Shown here piece after piece: positions 23,144 to 36,568 of a stretch of 64,000 nucleotides of DNA. The stretch lies in the NCBI GenBank assembly GCA_951406725.2, contig OX597814.1:200632001-200696000 (forward strand), read 5' to 3'. The translations under genes were made by a program, and so were the position numbers. Under the pieces are notes generated by a model that searched no databases, was not told the DNA's origin, and worked only from the letters and a program-made list of their open reading frames with translations. The first letter of the stretch is position 1. Every line of letters begins with the position of its first letter. The stretch comes from Octopus vulgaris (lineage: Eukaryota).

Positions 23144-24735
23144 TCCTCCTCTTACCATTACGATTCTACAATTTAAATTCCCAATTCAACTAACTTACTT
23201 CTTAAATTTCAACTCCCGATCGATGTCCGCAGCAAGTTCTTTAAAAATTTATCTTAATATTTCCATTCGTTGTTACTACGTTTATTCATACATTGTTACG
23301 AAAATTTAACCTTTTAAGGCTACTTTCAAGCCTTCGCCATAACTTGATTTATCTTTCTATCTCTCTCTCTACAAAATTTAACCTTAGGCGAGGCTACCTC
23401 AAGCCGTAATCCCATCTCTTCCCATCTTTCAGCCATCTTTCAGCCTTGGCGGTCTTTTTTTCCTCCTCTTACCATTACGATTCTACAATTTAAATTCCCA
23501 ATTCAACTAACTTACTTCTTAAATTTCAACTCCCGATCGATGTCCGCAGCAAGTTCTTTAAAAATTTATCTTAATATTTCCATTCGTTGTTACTACGTTT
23601 ATTCATACATTGTTACGAAAATTTAACCTTTTAAGGCTACTTTCAAGCCTTCGCCATAACTTGATTTATCTTTCTATCTCTCTCTCTACAAAATTTAACC
23701 TTAGGCGAGGCTACCTCAAGCCGTAATCCCATCTCTTCCCATCTTTCAGCCATCTTTCAGCCTTGGCGGTCTTTTTTTTCCTCCTCTTACCATTACGATT
23801 CTACAATTTAAATTCCCAATTCAACTAACTTACTTCTTAAATTTCAACTCCCGATCGATGTCCGCAGCAAGTTCTTTAAAAATTTATCTTAATATTTCCA
23901 TTCGTTGTTACTACGTTTATTCATACATTGTTACGAAAATTTAACCTTTTAAGGCTACTTTCAAGCCTTCGCCATAACTTGATTTATCTTTCTATCTCTC
24001 TCTCTACAAAATTTAACCTTAGGCGAGGCTACCTCAAGCCGTAATCCCATCTCTTCCCATCTTTCAGCCATCTTTCAGCCTTGGCGGTCTTTTTTTTCCT
24101 CCTCTTACCATTACGATTCTACAATTTAAATTCCCAATTCAACTAACTTACTTCTTAAATTTCAACTCCCGATCGATGTCCGCAGCAAGTTCTTTAAAAA
24201 TTTATCTTAATATTTCCATTCGTTGTTACTACGTTTATTCATACATTGTTACGAAAATTTAACCTTTTAAGGCTACTTTCAAGCCTTCGCCATAACTTGA
24301 TTTATCTTTCTATCTCTCTCTCTACAAAATTTAACCTTAGGCGAGGCTACCTCAAGCCGTAATCCCATCTCTTCCCATCTTTCAGCCATCTTTCAGCCTT
24401 GGCGGTCTTTTTTTTCCTCCTCTTACCATTACGATTCTACAATTTAAATTCCCAATTCAACTAACTTACTTCTTAAATTTCAACTCCCGATCGATGTCCG
24501 CAGCAAGTTCTTTAAAAATTTATCTTAATATTTCCATTCGTTGTTACTACGTTTATTCATACATTGTTACGAAAATTTAACCTTTTAAGGCTACTTTCAA
24601 GCCTTCGCCATAACTTGATTTATCTTGATTTATCTTTCTATCTCTCTCTCTACAAAATTTAACCTTAAGCGAGGCTACCTCAAGCCGTAATCCCATCTCT
24701 TCCCATCTTTCAGCCATCTTTCAGCCATTGGCGGT
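23144..24735 (+). repeat. Tandem array of five 317-318 bp near-identical monomers
   Basis: Unit starts (TCCTCCTCTTACCATT) at 23144, 23461, 23779, 24097 and 24415. Copy 5 has a 10 bp duplication and a few differences. Confidence 0.97.
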
Positions 24736-25723
24736 GCGCCCGCCCCCCCCACCCCCACCACCAATACCGATGAACACTGTTCTCACCCCCACCACCAATA
24801 CCGGTGAACACTGTTCTCACCGCCAACACCACCAATACTGGTGAACACTGTTCCTCACCCCCCACCACCAATACCAGTATACCCTGTCCTCACCATCTAC
24901 ACCGGATACGCCTTACTCATCTACACCGGGTAAGCCCTACTCCCTCCTCCTCCCCCCACTACCCCTTCTCCTCATATGCTTTCACTGTGAAAAGACAAGC
25001 TGCTAGCGCCATAGCTCATCAACTGCCCACCGATCTTACGCTTCCTCCGGACACTGCTTCATTCCGACTATCCCCCTTTAGCACCCTCCCGCCTCGTAAT
25101 ATCCTACGTTTTTATTTCTTAGGAACCTACACCAACCCTTCCTGCCATCGTTCCTCCTTACCCCAACCTTCCCCACTGGTTGCTCCCCTATATTACCCAC
25201 CTCAACTGGACCCCCCCTCCCCAACTCAACTCTAGAATATCTGTATTCTTTCCTCTACCTAATAACGTTACTCAGTGACGATAACGAATGTCTTTATTTC
25301 TTAGGAACCTACACCAACCCTTCCTTACTCAGTGACGATAAATGCTGTGACTACAAAGACCTGGGCTGCCTTCTGCAGCAATTCCACATACCCCCTACTC
25401 ATTCTAAGTACCCCAGATCCCCAAAGTACCCTGGATCCCCAAAGTACCCCGGACCTCGTTGCCCCCGTGCCGCTGACACGTTAAAATGCTCGAACCGATC
25501 GTGACGATGCCGGACCCTCCGGCCCCTGTGCAGGTGGCACGTAAAAAGCACCCAATCCACTCACGGAGTGGTTGGCGTTAGGAAGGGCATCCAGCCGTAG
25601 AAACTCTGCCAGATTCAGACTGGAGCCTGGTGCGGCCCCTGGCTTCCCAGACCCGGTCAAACCGTCCAACCCGTGCTAGCGCGGAAAGCGGACGTTAAAC
25701 GATGATGATGATGATGATGATGA
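24736..25723 (+). mobile_element. C-rich body and young RTE-type tail ending in (GAT)n
   Basis: CpG-intact tail GGTGGCACGTAAAAAGCACC...GCGGACGTTAAAC(GAT)7; body has short ~33 bp and 18 bp internal repeats. Confidence 0.85.
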
Positions 25724-26384
25724 TTCACTTCTTTAAAAAGGTTTCTCAATGTCAACTTCCAGTACTGACGAAGCAACAGCTAAATATTCCGTTTTCATTT
25801 GCAAAATATCACTCTCCATTTCAATGTTTTTATTCAGAGCTTTCATTCGCTATTTGTAAACAACTGCGATAAATTACTGAAAGAAATATCTACTAAGTTC
25901 ACAAATTTAGATATTCAGTACAAGATAGTTTTTGATGTGCTTTTATTCAAATGATTTTTTCATTTCATGTTTATTTCGTTCATTGTTTGCAATGTTCTCT
26001 CTCTCCCCACTCTCTCTCACACACACATTCCAAGTTTGATTTTGTTATTACACAAATATCACATTAGAATTTTGCAATTCCACATAGGGCATCAAAAAAC
26101 TTTGGGCATTCTTTCACTTGAACTCACACACTTTGTTAATTTCCGTAAAAATATTTTATTTATTTCCTTTTTGTGCAGTGTTCAGCTCTATGTATTTGTA
26201 GAAAGGCACACATGTTTTTGTATGTATGTTTGTATACATTCATGTATGTGTGTGCATTTGTGTGTGTGAGAGTGAGTGAATAGGTGTGTTCTCATGTATA
26301 TGTACATACATAAATACATATCCATACATCTTTTTGTATGTATGTGTGCATATGTGAGAGAAAGTAAGAGTGGTGTCTAAGTGG

Positions 26385-26431
<47 letters not shown>

Positions 26432-26679
26432 CCATTTCATGTTTGATACTCTGTGTGTGTGTGTGTGTGTGTGTGCATGTGTGGTGGGGAGTTTTCCACA
26501 ATAGCCATTTATTTCAATCGTTCTTGTGAAGATATTCACGTAACTCACTTTTTCATTTAACACCCATTTTAATTTTCAAAAAAGTTTCCAAGAACAATGT
26601 TTTTACTCTCTGCAAGAGGAGACAGGGTAGATGTAGATGATCAGTATTCTACAGTGAAGCAAAGACAAGTACAGGTAAC

Positions 26680-28700
26680 CACAGTCTATGTTGAATTCTG
26701 CAACTCTTAACTCTATTAAGTATGTTTGCAAATATAGAAACACAGGTTTAGGTGCTGCAACATATGCTTAATGGCAGTCAGCAGATGAATAAAAATGATG
26801 ACATTGAACAGTATGACAAAGGAAGATACAGCAGTGCCAATGAGGCTTTTTGATGCATCTTCAATTCTCCCAATCATGAGAGGCACCCAGCCATCATTCA
26901 TCTGAGTGTCCATATAGAAAATGGCTACAGAGTTATCTTTACAAAGCAGACAGCCTTGCAACAAGCACTTTCTCCAAAAGAAACTACCCTTACTGCCTTT
27001 TTTAAGCTGTGACGAGTAGATGAAGATGCAAGAAAACTCCTTTACCCACAATTACCCAAGTATTACACCTGGAGAAACAATAAATGGCACAAAAGGAAAT
27101 GTGGAGGTTGATGCTCTTCCACCCAAGCCAAGCAGAATGCTACTACTAATGGCTCCTTTTGCATGTAGTACATGGTCCCAAATCATTCCAAGATTTCAGG
27201 AGGGTAAGTAGTCATGTGTGTGAAACTTATTAGGAAGCATGCTATCAACAAGGTTTTTTTTAGAAAATGATAAGCATTGGGACCATGCACTGACTGAAGC
27301 ATCAGTATCAGATTTTCCAAGGAAACTCCATAACCTTTTTGCAAATATACTGAACATGTGTCAACTTGGTAGTCCCCTACAGCTTTGGATGAAACATCGT
27401 AAGGGCATGGCTGAGGACTTAAAGTATGCAGTTCAACAGGCAAACACAGATATCAATATTCTCTGAAACAATTTTTAACCAAGCATTGGTTGAAACTGAG
27501 GATCAAGTTTTGGCTATGGGAGGCAAAAATTTCCATGAGTCTGGCTCTGGACTGCCAAAAACAAACTGTCAAATTAGTGATTTAACTTCAAGAGATATAG
27601 TAAGAGAGACAGATTATGATATCACAGAGTTGGCTGCATTTGTGAATAAACATGAACCTAAACTCCTTCCAGAACAATGCTATGCAGGAGTGGCTGTGTG
27701 GTAAGTAGCTTGCTTACCAACCACATGGTCATGGGTTCAGTCCCACTGCGTGGCACCTTGGGCAAGTGTCTTCTACTATAGCTTCGGGCCAACCAAAGCC
27801 TTGTGAGTGGATTTGGTAGACGAAAACTGAAAGAAGCCCATCGTATATGTGTGTGTGTATGCTTATGTGTCTGTCCCCCCCCCCCCCAACATCGCTTGAC
27901 AACCGATGCTGGTGTGTTTGTGTCCCCCGTAACTTAGCAGTTTGGCTTAAGAGACCGATAGAATAAGTACTAGGCTTACAGAGAATAAGCTCTGGGGTCG
28001 ATCTGCTCGACTAAAGGCGGTGCTCCAGCATGGCTGCAGTCAAATGACTGAAACAAGTAAAAGAATAAAAGAATATGATAACATTATTTCATCAGTCAGA
28101 GAAAAATAGCAGAGGAATTTTCTTTCTTGTTGTTCCTGGTGGCATGGGTAAAACATTTGTAACATTGCTTCTCTCCAATGTAAGCAACAAAAAAGAACTG
28201 AAGTTGTTGTAGCATTGTCTGGGTTTACTGCCATTCTCCCAGGAGGACGAACAGCTCATTCTGCTTTCAAATTACTGCTAAGCCTGGTTACAAATGACAG
28301 TCCAATTTGTAGCACAGGCAAAGGTTCAAGTTCAGCAAAAGTGTTGTGCCAATGCCACCTGATCATTTGGGATGAATGTACCGTGTCATAGAGGTGCAAT
28401 GGAAGATCTTGATAAGACCTTACAGGACATAAGAGGCAACAATAAATCTATTGGATGAGTTACATTGGTTTTATCGGGGGACTTCAGACAGACATTACCA
28501 ATCATTCCAAGACGAACCAAATCTGATGAAATAAAAGCATGCATTAAGTCTTCACACCTATGGAATAAAGTATAGAAATTCTCCTTCAATACTAACATGC
28601 AAGCTTTTATTACATGTGCAGAATAATTTTCAACCTAGCTCCTCCAATTAGGAAGCAGGAAAGTACCATTTGATGGGAATGGTGATATCAATTTGGCTCA
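26680..28700 (+). pseudogene. Helitron Rep/Pif1-helicase pseudogene
   Basis: Motifs VEFCNS..SIKYVCKY (Rep Y2 motif), GRYSSANEAF, HERHPAIIHLSVHIENG, GPKSFQD, LENDKHWDHAL, PGGMGKTF (Walker A), GGRTAHSAFKL, IIWDEC (Walker B) and GDFRQTLPII; many stops; SINE inserted. Confidence 0.93.
27684..28075 (+). mobile_element. Full-length tRNA-derived CORE-type SINE inserted in the Helitron ORF
   Basis: Head GCAGGAGTGGCTGTGTGGTAAG...GGGTTCAGTCCC, core ACCTTGGGCAAGTG, tail CTGAAACAAGTAAAAGAATAAAAGAA. Helitron coding similarity resumes after it. Confidence 0.9.
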
Positions 28701-29110
28701 TATTGCTTTCCTGCACCTGCTTGTGTGTGTGTGTGTGTGTGTGTAGGAATATAAAATATATTTATATTCTAGGTTAGTAACCTATGACAAACTTTAGTCT
28801 CAACACCTGTAAACACATTGATAACATAAAAATCAATAACAGATATAGACCATATTCACAATGTACACCAACAATCTTTATCAGCAAACTTCATCCAAAT
28901 TCATGCACTAGTCATATTTGAATTTTTTTTTATACTGAACAGCATTTCATCAAAATTTCTAGCATGGAAAAATGGACATTAAAACAGTAATGTTGATGAG
29001 ATATATAAAATCAGAAAAGAAACTTCAAACCGATGTAATTATTGTTTTACTTAACAGGAATTTATTTCTAAAAATGCTTGCCTATGATAATTTTGTGAAA
29101 TATTCTATAA

Positions 29111-29510
29111 CTAGCAGCATAGCCCGGCGTTGCCCGGGTATGTAAGAGCCCCTAGTAGGCAATGACTAATCCCAATCTAGTTCTTTCCCTCTAGGGAACG
29201 AAGGCGCATGTGTAGGTTGCAATGTCTTCTGTTCACTCGAATACTTCTATGTATACGATGTTCCTAGCTGTCTCCCGACAGAAAATGTGTTACATATAAA
29301 AAGCTTAGATTCTCGACCCCATGTCGAATTTATCGATTTTTTTCAGAACTGGGGGAACTTTTCAAAATTTTCGCTGTGTTAGTTTTGAATTATGACATTG
29401 GGCTATGTGTGTGTCAGGTTTCATCAGAATCGGTTGAAAGCCGTGGTCAGGGTGAGGGTACAACCTGACAGCCACACAGACAGACAAACTGCCATTTATA
29501 TATAGAGAGA
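29111..29510 (-). mobile_element. Non-autonomous Helitron (400 bp)
   Basis: Minus strand starts A^TCTCTCTATATATAAA and ends with hairpin CCCGGGCAACGCCGGG then CTAG^T; no TSD. Confidence 0.88.
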
Positions 29511-30785
29511 TAATATTAACGAACAAGAGAACAGTAGTTATACGGTGTTTTTCTTATCCTGAATTCCAAGATTCCATGCATGTGAAGGAAAATTCATTTA
29601 CCTTTTTTAATGTCATGTTTCTAAAAATGTGTTACTATAATGCATCAGTATCTCCATATAAATAATACTGTATAGTATTAATTTTTTAAATGAAACCTGC
29701 CAAATGTACAACTTGCTCACATTTTCTCATACATTCATTTCACATATTTTTCCATGGTAGTATGAGTTTGGACAGAAAATTACTTAAGGAAAGATTTTAT
29801 AGCTGGACACTTTTTCAGCCACCAACCTTTATTTGGTTTTAAGTAAGGGTTATTTTTTTACCAGAGGTCTTTGAAAGCACAGAGCAATGTCATAAGTCAA
29901 CAAAGAATGTCAACATCATCACCACTTCATGCAAACTGTGACAAGCATAGAATATTAACATTCATGCACACATGTACACACACGCACACACACACACAAC
30001 AGGCATCCTGCAATTTCCAATATTTTTAATAGAATTGATGGTGTTCTAATTTTGTCTAAATCTTATTGTAAGTTTAATTCCCTGGCCAAAATATTACATC
30101 CCATTTAAGAAAATACACAATAACTGTTCAATGTAGTTTTAATGGTATGAAACTCTCAAAAGAGTTGAACAGCAGAAGATCTTCAGAGAAGAAACTATGC
30201 CCTCAAGAAAGGGTTTTTGCCCTTAACTTCTTACACTGTAAGAAGACCAGGCCACATCCAGGTCATAAATCTTTGATACTCTTCTGCCGATACTTTTTAG
30301 CCTCTTGGTTATCAAAAACTTGTGTATTTAAACCACTTGGAGATTTCATCTAATTGTAACTTCTCTCCATAGACTCAGAGGAGTTACATCTAAAAATAAA
30401 CTTCCTTGATGTATTTGATTTTTGAAATTACTTTACGCCCTCGGTTGACTGAGACAACTTTTCTCCTTACTAACCAAAACATACCATTACTGTAGTTAAA
30501 GACCAAACAGATATCATTACCGGGAAAGTAACACAACTGAATTTAAATATTCAATATTCAGATTTGACAAGGCATATAATAAATACAGCTTTTTATATTA
30601 CATATTCAATTAGGAACACATGAAAGAAGTTCCAATCTAATATTTCTAATCCAGAAGAATAGATAAAATGAAACTCATTAAAAGTTATGGAAAAATTTGT
30701 GGCTTGACTTGAAATTTGTCGATATGTCCCAGTTAATATGGTTAATGAGAATATGGCTTTACTTCTGGACATGATGTAAATTTAA

Positions 30786-31007
30786 CCTTTTTGATAGCAA
30801 CCCGGCTGAAACCGCCTCTGGCTCTGTTGTATAAATGTCTTGTTTTCATAAGCTTTAAATTAAAATCTTCCACCAAACCTTATTCATAATTTATGTTCCT
30901 AACACTAGCTAAATGATAACTAAGTTATTTTACTTAAGTCTTCATTATATTTAAAAGTAATTGAAAGAAACACAGAGTATCTCAAAATAAAAACAGTAAC
31001 GAAAGAG
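30786..31007. mobile_element. piggyBac-type MITE
   Basis: TTAA on both sides, CC(C)TTT...AAAG(A)G termini; inverted homologue at 41369-41588. Confidence 0.8.
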
Positions 31008-32137
31008 TTAAAGCAACAGGCACTCTACAATGCTGATTTCAGTGCCAGATGTGAAGCAAGTATGCAAAAGACAGAAATACTTTTTTGATGTGAAATAAAT
31101 ATGCTCACCTAAGAATATTACTTAAAACATTTTTTAGTTTTGTAAAAAAATTTATTAAAAAATGACTAATGCTGCAATTAAATATTTTATAATAAATAAT
31201 TAATAAATCTTCAGGGTATACTTATTTCATAAATTGGCAGTTTTGGGTTATTTTATTCAATTGCTGAAAAGATATCTAAATATAATAACCTATGTGTTTG
31301 TGTGGTGATAGGTGGGGGACATTTAATTTTAGTAAATTTTAATGCAACTGAATTCCTATTTCACAGATTCAAAGATTTTTAATCATAATAATCTTCATTC
31401 TACTAAAAAGGTAAAAAAGCATTTCAATTCTATTTTTTTTTTTACATTTTATATAATATAAATGTAATAAATAATTTTCTTTTAGAAGGTAAAAACTAAT
31501 TTTCAATTATTTTAAAAGTTTCTTTCGAAATTTAATTCATTAAGTGAATTGGACTGCAATGTTCTCAAAATCAAAATTCCCAAGGTTGAACGTTGATTTA
31601 ATTTATGTTTCTATGCAGTATTGTTTTAGAACAATAAAAAATATTAACTAAGTAAAATTTGTACAGGAAAACTACAGTGTGTTTTGAAGTAGAATAAAAT
31701 AGTGTGTCAGTAATATAATACTGAAAAACAGAATTGTGATTTTACATTGAAGCAGTTTCTCAATGAAAATAGCACTGGAAAATAGAGAAGAAGAGTTTTT
31801 AAAGAAAACTGTCAAATATGGACAGAGCACTTATTACATCTTTAGCTTTAATGTACTTAGTTACATTACCAAATCTTTACTTAGTGACCTTAAGTAGGGT
31901 GTCTTAAAAGAAAGAGAAAAATGTAATAAATTTTTCAAATTCAAATAACTAAGAATGTATTTAAATTATACAAAATTTAGAAACTCAATGATTGATTGGT
32001 TAAAACATTGTGTTATGTTCTTGTTTTAAAATTGTCTAGGTGACAATTCTAGTGATTATTTCTACTTCATTGTTGAGTTTTTAACAACCTGAAAGACAAA
32101 CCACCCAGTTTCTGTTAGCATAAAGATGAATAACGAC

Positions 32138-32495
32138 ATGACTGTGATTAAGAAGCTCACTTCCCAACATGTGGTTTTGGGTTCAGTTCCACTGTGTTGC
32201 ATGTAAGGCATGTATCATTCCAAACAAACCAAAGCTCTGCAAGTGGATTTGGTAAATGGAAACTGAAAGAAGCCCATGTGTGTCTCCTTTGTTTTGACAT
32301 CACATAGTTGTAAATGAGTATCACCATTATAGCATTTCAAATTTTCCCTGAAAATATTTCTGGCCATGAGAAAATATCTTACTTGGAAACAAATGAAGGT
32401 TGGCAACAGGAAGAGCATCTAACAATAGAAAATTTGCTACAACGAATTTTGTTTGAGCAATGCAAATATGAAAAAAATGGAAATTAAAATGATGT
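32138..32495 (+). mobile_element. SINE with CORE-type head and RTE-type tail
   Basis: Head matches 27684-27845; 3' part GGTTGGCAACAGGAAGAGCATC...ATTAAAATGATG matches the RTE tail. Confidence 0.7.
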
Positions 32496-33536
32496 TACAA
32501 CATAAAAAAAAAATCTCAATACAAAACTTACCAAAATATTATTTTATTACTAAAAATGGTAACTATCTGTTTACCAATATTTTCTCAAAATTCAAGCATT
32601 CTCAAAATAATATAAAAACTAGATTTTACTTTATTTTGAAACAAAACTTAAAATCACTTATCTAATAGAATTTTGGTTGCTTAAATCTCACTTTATCAGC
32701 TGGTTATGTGAAATTCTACTTCATTTGATGAACGTCAGTATTCTAAATATATATCCTGATATTTCAAAGATACAATTTTCTGATCATGTTGTCAAGTCCT
32801 GCCTCATCAATTACAAAAGAAAATTTTAAACTAATCCAATTTGAAACATATCAGAGAAAACATAATATTACCATTGATGTTACTCTCATCATTTCTTAAT
32901 ACTGACAGCTATAGAGTTATGTATTAAAATCAAGATATAGTTAATTAAAAGTTCTTTTAAAGTAACTTCTAAAGTTAGGTGTTATTATGGAAGTAGTATT
33001 ATGGTTAGCAACTTTGCAAATCAATTTTGAAATAGATAACAGTTTGTGAAGCTACAACCACTTACAAGATTATGTTTATAGGGATAACATATCAAATTAG
33101 AAATTCAACACAATTTTAGCTTCATGAAATTTTAGCTTTCAATGGAAGATGGATCTTGACAGAGCAAATTATTCAACTTCTTCTTTGCCTAAATAAACAG
33201 ACTTATATAACAGAGCTATCAAAGTAAATACCAAACAATCAAACCATACAAAATATGTCAACATCTTGCTGAATGGTAATGCTAATACTCCTATTATATA
33301 TGAGGAACATTTTTGGCACATGATATACCTAAATTTCAACTTCAACAAAAACAACCTAGTTTATTTTAATAAAAAGAAAAAAAAATAGTAGTGAGGTTAC
33401 TCTGGTTCTTTCTCTGTATTTCTTAGGGGATAAGACATGCCAATGACTCTTTCCATGGCTTCCAAGACTGAGAGGAAGGAAGAAGGTATTTTCAAATCAG
33501 CTAAAGTCAACCAAGGGCCAAGACAAGCGATGGATT

Positions 33537-35090
33537 TATCATCGTCCTTTAATGTCTGTTTTCCATGCTGTCTTAGTTTGACCAGAGCTGACACGTTGAA
33601 GAGCTGCACTGGATTCCAGTCTAATTTGGCTTGGTTTTTATGGCTGGATGCCCTTCCTAATGCCAATCAGCTTACAGTGTGTACTGGGTGCTTTTGTACA
33701 TGGCATCAGTGTGTGTGCTTTATTTACATGGCTTTTTTACATGACCCAGCATGATTGTTTTTCACATGGCACTGGTACAGGTGCTTTCTATGTGGCACCA
33801 GCATGGATGCTTCCTATGTGATTCTGGCACATGTAATTTTACACAGGACTAGTAAGGGTATTTTTACGTGGCACTCGCATGAGCTCTTGCAGGTAAAACC
33901 CCCTTCAGCTGGGAGGAGAGCATTAACAACTCTACTGTGGTGGACAGGTCTTCTTGGATACAGCAATGCACCAGATATTTTGGTCTTTGTCTTTCTCTCC
34001 ATAAGGCTCAGTATCCTGAGATCAGCCTTCAGTACTTCATCCCATGTCTTCCAGGGTCTCCTTCTTCCATGAGTTCTATCCATTTAGGTGATCAGCACTT
34101 CTTTATGCAGCTGTCTCTTTCTCTTTCTTTTCTCTCTTTTACTTGTTTCAGTCATTTGACTGTGGCCATGCTGGAGCACCACCTTTTAGTCAAGCAAATC
34201 GACCCCGGGACTTATTCTTTTGCAAGCCCAGTACTTATTCTATCGGTCTATATCCATCAGCATCACATGACCAAACCATTGCAATCTTCTGTCTTATACA
34301 CTGTATCTAATTCCTCTTCTGCCTAACTTCTCCCTCCATGCATTAGCACTCTGTAGCACATGTGCACTTACATTGTACATCTGGTGGATGTGTACTAGTC
34401 TCATTCCCCTCTAGCCTTTGCATGTCTTCTGCATTCAAGGTCCACATCTCACTACCATGTAGAATTGCTTTTCATATATATGCATCATACAATCTTCCTT
34501 TTGCTCAGAGAGAGAGAGACCATTGGCTGCTAACATAGGTAAAAGCTCTCTGAATTTTCTCCATCCTATTCTCATTCTAGTGATAAACTTTTTGCATATC
34601 GTACCCCACTACTAATTAGGCCCCCTAAATAGCAGAAATTATCCACTATCTCTAAAGAGCCTACAGGGTGTGTGAGAGAATCAATTTGCTGAGAATCTGT
34701 AGTTTGTATGGAACCTGTGCATCTTCCACATACGAACACTTTCTCTGATAACCTTCCTATCATTCCATTGAACCCCTTCTGTATCCATAGCTTGCACTGG
34801 GCACACTGTATGGAAATCCTGCCTACACCTTTCCTACATATCATTTGTCTGAAGTGGGTAAGGTCCTGTCTGTTTCTTGCTTACAAAAACCTTAGTCTTT
34901 GCTAAGTTAACATTAAAGACCTTAGATTCCAGGTTTTGCTTCAACACCTGGAATTTTTCATCTAGCTCTGATATGAAATCTGCTATGAGGGCAAGATCAT
35001 CAGCATATAGTAGCTCTCAGAGGTTGATGGTCTTGAATTCCTTTGTTATGGCCTGGCAGATAATGATGAAAAGGATGAAAACTAAGAAGA
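33537..35090 (-). mobile_element. Second RTE-clade LINE family, 3' portion with Cys-rich insert
   Basis: Motifs ELLYADDLALIA (~35000), CRKGVGRISIQCAQCKLW...FVCGRC, FCYLG and GRRRPWKTWDEVLKADL; ends in the shared tail at 33537. A SINE tail is nested at ~34120-34250. Confidence 0.88.
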
Positions 35091-36159
35091 GTAGGAAAAG
35101 GAGAGAGCATGATGTTTCCAGATAGAATGAAGGAATGAAGGAAAGAAGGTAAAGTTGAGAGGAATAGACTTATTATTGTGAGAGTGTTGCAGTGGAACGT
35201 TGGGAGTTATTTAGAAAAGGGGATACAGAATAGAAAGGTGATGGGGTGAATTGTGTAGCAGGGTTAGAGTTATCCTGTATTATAAGGGCGAGAATGGACA
35301 AAAGGTTTCAGGAAAATAGTGACAAGGAGAAACAGATGAAGATAACAAGGAATCCAGAGTGTCATCAAAAAGGGCATAGTGTTAAGGAAACAAAACTGTA
35401 GAAAGAGGACAATGATAAAAAAGATGAGGTGGAGAGCAGTGGGCAAATGCAATGAGCAATAGGGGAAAGAGAGAGCAATAAAGGTACCAGAGAGGTGGGG
35501 ATAGAGCAGAGTGTGAATGCAGAGAAAGTATCCATGATGGAGAGACTGTGGAATGAAGATGGAGAAAATGGTAAGAGTAGGGGATGAATGTTTCAATAGT
35601 AGCATGAAAAAGAAAGACTATGGGGTACCCTAGAAGGTCAATAGTCAGTTGTGGGATAAAGGAAAGAGTATGTTGGGTAGCAATAGAGGTGACCTGTAAG
35701 AGAGTGTGCTGGTTGATAGTACAGCAGAAGTATAAGAGGGTGAAACTGGAGTGTAGCAGGTGAGTTGAGATTGGTCTAATGCAGCTTCATAGATGTGGCC
35801 CTAAGGATCCAGACTATTGTCAAGTGTATGAAGATGCAGTCTGTCTGGGTAGATGAGAGATGGGGAGGTATTATGAATAAGGAAGAGATGGAAGGCATGA
35901 AGCAAAGGAAGGATGCAAGGTGAAGGTTGGCAGAGCATGCACACACAACCAAAACACTACTCTTTTGTCAAAGTACATTTTACCATTGATGGTGGTGCAT
36001 TCAGTAGTACAGTAAATCACCAATCAGCATGGTCCTTTGTCATCTCATGACAAAGCATCATATCTTGCTAGGTTGGAAAATATGCTATATATAGTTTTAA
36101 ATCTTGTTCAAACTTTTATGTATTGTTTATATGGTATCTTAAACTAACAGTATTTAAAG

Positions 36160-36495
36160 ATAGTGCCAGTGGCATGTAAAAAGCACCTCCCGAGCACTGA
36201 GCCTCATAGAGGCCTATGATAAATGACCAAGTCCTTTTACAAAATGCTACACTTGAGAAGAGCCATCAAGCCAAGTGAAATAGTTGTGGCAGATATTGGT
36301 GTCATGCAAACTGACATTCATGCTGGTGGCACTTAAAAGCACCCATTACACACTTGGTATGGTTGGCATTAGGAAGGGTATCCAGCTGTAGAAACCATGC
36401 CAAATCAGACAAGCCTGGTGCAGTCCCTCAGCTGACCAACCCTGATCAAACCATCCAACCCATGCCAGATGGACAATGGATGCTAAACGATGATA
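36160..36495 (+). mobile_element. RTE-type tail repeat
   Basis: GTGGCATGTAAAAAGCACC units plus tail ending GCTAAACGATGAT. Confidence 0.7.
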
Positions 36496-36568
36496 AGTGC
36501 CCAGCAAAAGTAAAATTACTTAGTAGAGTTTGATTTTGAGGGTGATTAGGCTCTCTGTGTCAGGTCTA

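Noticed and set aside
23144-24735. Regular array as CRISPR
   Set aside because: The units are wholly identical 317-318 bp monomers with no unique spacers or cas genes, in a eukaryotic context.
24804-25235. 143 aa Pro/Thr/His-rich ORF
   Set aside because: It is a by-product of C-rich low-complexity sequence in the retroelement body, with no domain motifs.
27684-27760. tRNA gene
   Set aside because: The A/B boxes belong to a SINE head; there is no full cloverleaf.
30236-30389. Exon-like segment on the minus strand (tttatttttag ... gtaaga)
   Set aside because: It has stops in all frames and is unsupported without transcript data.
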